Origin: Clostridia bacterium
GTDB taxonomy: Bacteria; Bacillota; Clostridia; Christensenellales; DTU072
DNA length: 51,200 bases
Assembly (NCBI GenBank): GCA_028699795.1
Contig: JAQVTZ010000001.1
Location: 1-51,200 of the forward strand
Direction: 5' to 3'
Shown here: positions 50,219 through 51,200 of the stretch, piece by piece
Position numbering within the stretch: position 1 is the first letter of the stretch
Layout: each line of letters begins with the position of its first letter
Notes under the pieces: model-generated
The model's input: only the letters and a program-made list of their open reading frames with translations
Told to the model about the DNA's origin: nothing
The model's database searches: none
Position numbers and translations under genes: made by a program

Positions 50219-50233
50219 TCCTCACCGTGAGGA
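50219..50233. promoter_or_regulatory. 15-bp palindrome TCCTCAC-C-GTGAGGA (site 11)
   Basis: Perfect copy in repeat E, about 90 bp upstream of the -35 at 50320. Confidence 0.8.
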
Positions 50234-50319
50234 CGATTTTGCGTTTTTCTTTTTTTGGGGGGGGTAGTTTGTTTGGTGTCCACGTCGTTTACAAAGGTCG
50301 CAGTTCGCGTAAATGGTGC

Positions 50320-50348
50320 TTGACAACGTATGTACTACGTGTTACAAT
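50320..50348 (+). promoter_or_regulatory. Sigma-A type promoter, ATGTAC-spacer family, with conserved leader 50349-50407
   Basis: TTGACA, 17 nt (acgtATGTACtacgtgt), TACAAT. The leader matches the one at 774-830 except for the last bases before the ATG. Confidence 0.8.
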
Positions 50349-50407
50349 TATAGTGTAAAGAGAGGAAGCGAGGGTTTCCTCCACATCAAGAAAGCGAGGA
50401 TTTTCAT

Positions 50408-50770
50408 ATGTATTCTAAGTCTGAAAACGGTAACTATGTCACGTATTTTGAGGTCAAAGACGCAAAGAACACCGACAAGGTTTTTCACGGGCGGGTTTCC
50501 GAGTCGATTAAGGGAAAACCAAAGGAAGACGGCAAGCACGAGTGGACTTTTGAAACGTGGTCGGCAAGGTTTGTCGGAGGGGCATATGAGAAAGCCAAAA
50601 TGCTTTCCGATAAGGCAAGCATCCGTCTCACAGAGTACAATGTCCGCAAGCCCTACTCGAAGGAAAAGAAATCCTCTTATCCTTACATCCTTATCATGGA
50701 TTTTGAGGTTGTTGGCGTATCTCCCGAAGCGCCCGAAGTTCCCGAGGATGAAGTCATGTATGACGTTTAA
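50408..50770 (+). CDS. SSB-like paralog (120 aa)
   Basis: Shares ETWSARFVGGAYEKAKML and YPYILIMDFEVV blocks with 7686-8138. Acidic C-terminus PEVPEDEVMYDV. Single-gene cassette between repeats E and F. Confidence 0.65.
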   Translation: MYSKSENGNYVTYFEVKDAKNTDKVFHGRVSESIKGKPKEDGKHEWTFETWSARFVGGAYEKAKMLSDKASIRLTEYNVRKPYSKEKKSSYPYILIMDFEVVGVSPEAPEVPEDEVMYDV

Positions 50771-50789
50771 TTGAGCGCCCCAATATCCC

Positions 50790-51200
50790 GACGGCGGGGA
50801 GAAATCCCCGCCGATTTTATGCCCGTTTTCCCGCCCCTCGTCGTACCTCCTCCGCCAGACCCGAAAGCCGTTATAAGGGCAAGAGGGCGCAGAGCACCCC
50901 ATGAAATAAAGAACAACGGCGTTGCCGTTGAGCCCGTGGCACTCTTGCCTTCTTCGAAGGGTTTTGCCTTCGGACGGACATCGGAACGCACAAGAGCTTT
51001 CGCGACATAAACCGCTACGCTTTTTATTTCACGGTCTCTTGCACTTTCCTTTCATGCGGGCGTTATCGGCTTCGCCGAAACCGACGCTGATTTTTCAAAT
51101 CAGGGTTCGGTTTCGCCTTACTCAGCCTATCCCGCATTGTCCGCCTCGGCATTCTTTCGCGGGGCTACGCGCCCCGCTATCCCCCGACCTCGCCAACGCT
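50790..51200 (+). repeat. Dispersed structured repeat, copy F (3' part cut by window edge)
   Basis: Opens with terminator 50792-50818 (CGGCGGGG-agaaat-CCCCGCCG). The rest aligns with copy E up to the window end. Confidence 0.9.
50792..50818 (+). terminator. Intrinsic terminator (opening part of repeat F)
   Basis: CGGCGGGG-agaaat-CCCCGCCG followed by ATTTTAT. The stem differs from D and E on both arms but pairing is kept. Confidence 0.75.

Larger units (their letters stand above)
49803..50319 (+). repeat. Dispersed structured repeat, copy E (full length, reference copy)
   Basis: Opens with terminator 49807-49831. Hairpins at 49927-49943, 49961-49973, 50067-50150 and 50172-50190. Palindrome at 50219-50233 and G8 tract at 50257-50264. 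Confidence 0.9.

Noticed and set aside
1-51200. The dispersed repeats as a CRISPR array, or as copies of an IS or transposon.
   Set aside because: The units are 250-520 bp, irregularly spaced (0.45 to more than 6 kb), and separated by expressed genes rather than spacers. No cas genes, transposase or terminal inverted repeats were seen. A non-autonomous mobile origin is kept only as a minor alternative (see the finding on the minimal form).

Overview
This window looks like most of a conjugative plasmid from a Firmicutes/Clostridia-type host. All calls rest on motifs read by eye; no searches were run.

Main parts:
- Minus strand, 8.2-32.1 kb: one long transfer operon. In order it encodes PcfB/DUF3801-like, VirD4 coupling ATPase, Maff2-like, VirB6/TrbL-like, VirB4, a CHAP cell-wall hydrolase, DUF4366-like, DUF4315-like, a GntR regulator, topoisomerase III, a 2377-aa polyvalent protein (HAD/NT5C-like + ArdC-N + HExxH zincin) and a small ORF. 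A separate SSB-like / wHTH / HU-like operon follows.
- Plus strand: an oriT candidate with mobC and a relaxase (4.1-6.7 kb); an operon containing an S26 signal peptidase (0.8-4.0 kb); a serine resolvase; a tandem-DinJ operon; DUF932-TraX; a primase-polymerase-like Rep with an upstream small-RNA/terminator region; parA-parB; a lipoprotein thermonuclease; a Toprim/DUF3991 protein; and many small unknown genes.
- A convergent EcoRI-family-like N6A methyltransferase + DUF262-HNH pair sits at 36.85-39.15 kb.

Three non-coding layers are the most unusual content:
1. Six same-orientation copies of a GC-rich, hairpin-dense 0.25-0.5 kb element. Each of the five copies whose downstream end lies in the window directly precedes a near-consensus promoter, and where the upstream junction is visible it usually follows a terminator.
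2. Eleven copies of a 15-bp odd palindrome, TCCTCAC-S-GTGAGGA, in intergenic, oriT-proximal and intragenic positions.
3. A family of 11 near-consensus promoters with a conserved ATGTAC spacer block. Seven of them carry a conserved 5' leader with a covarying hairpin.

No rRNA, tRNA, CRISPR array, transposase or phage structural gene could be supported.
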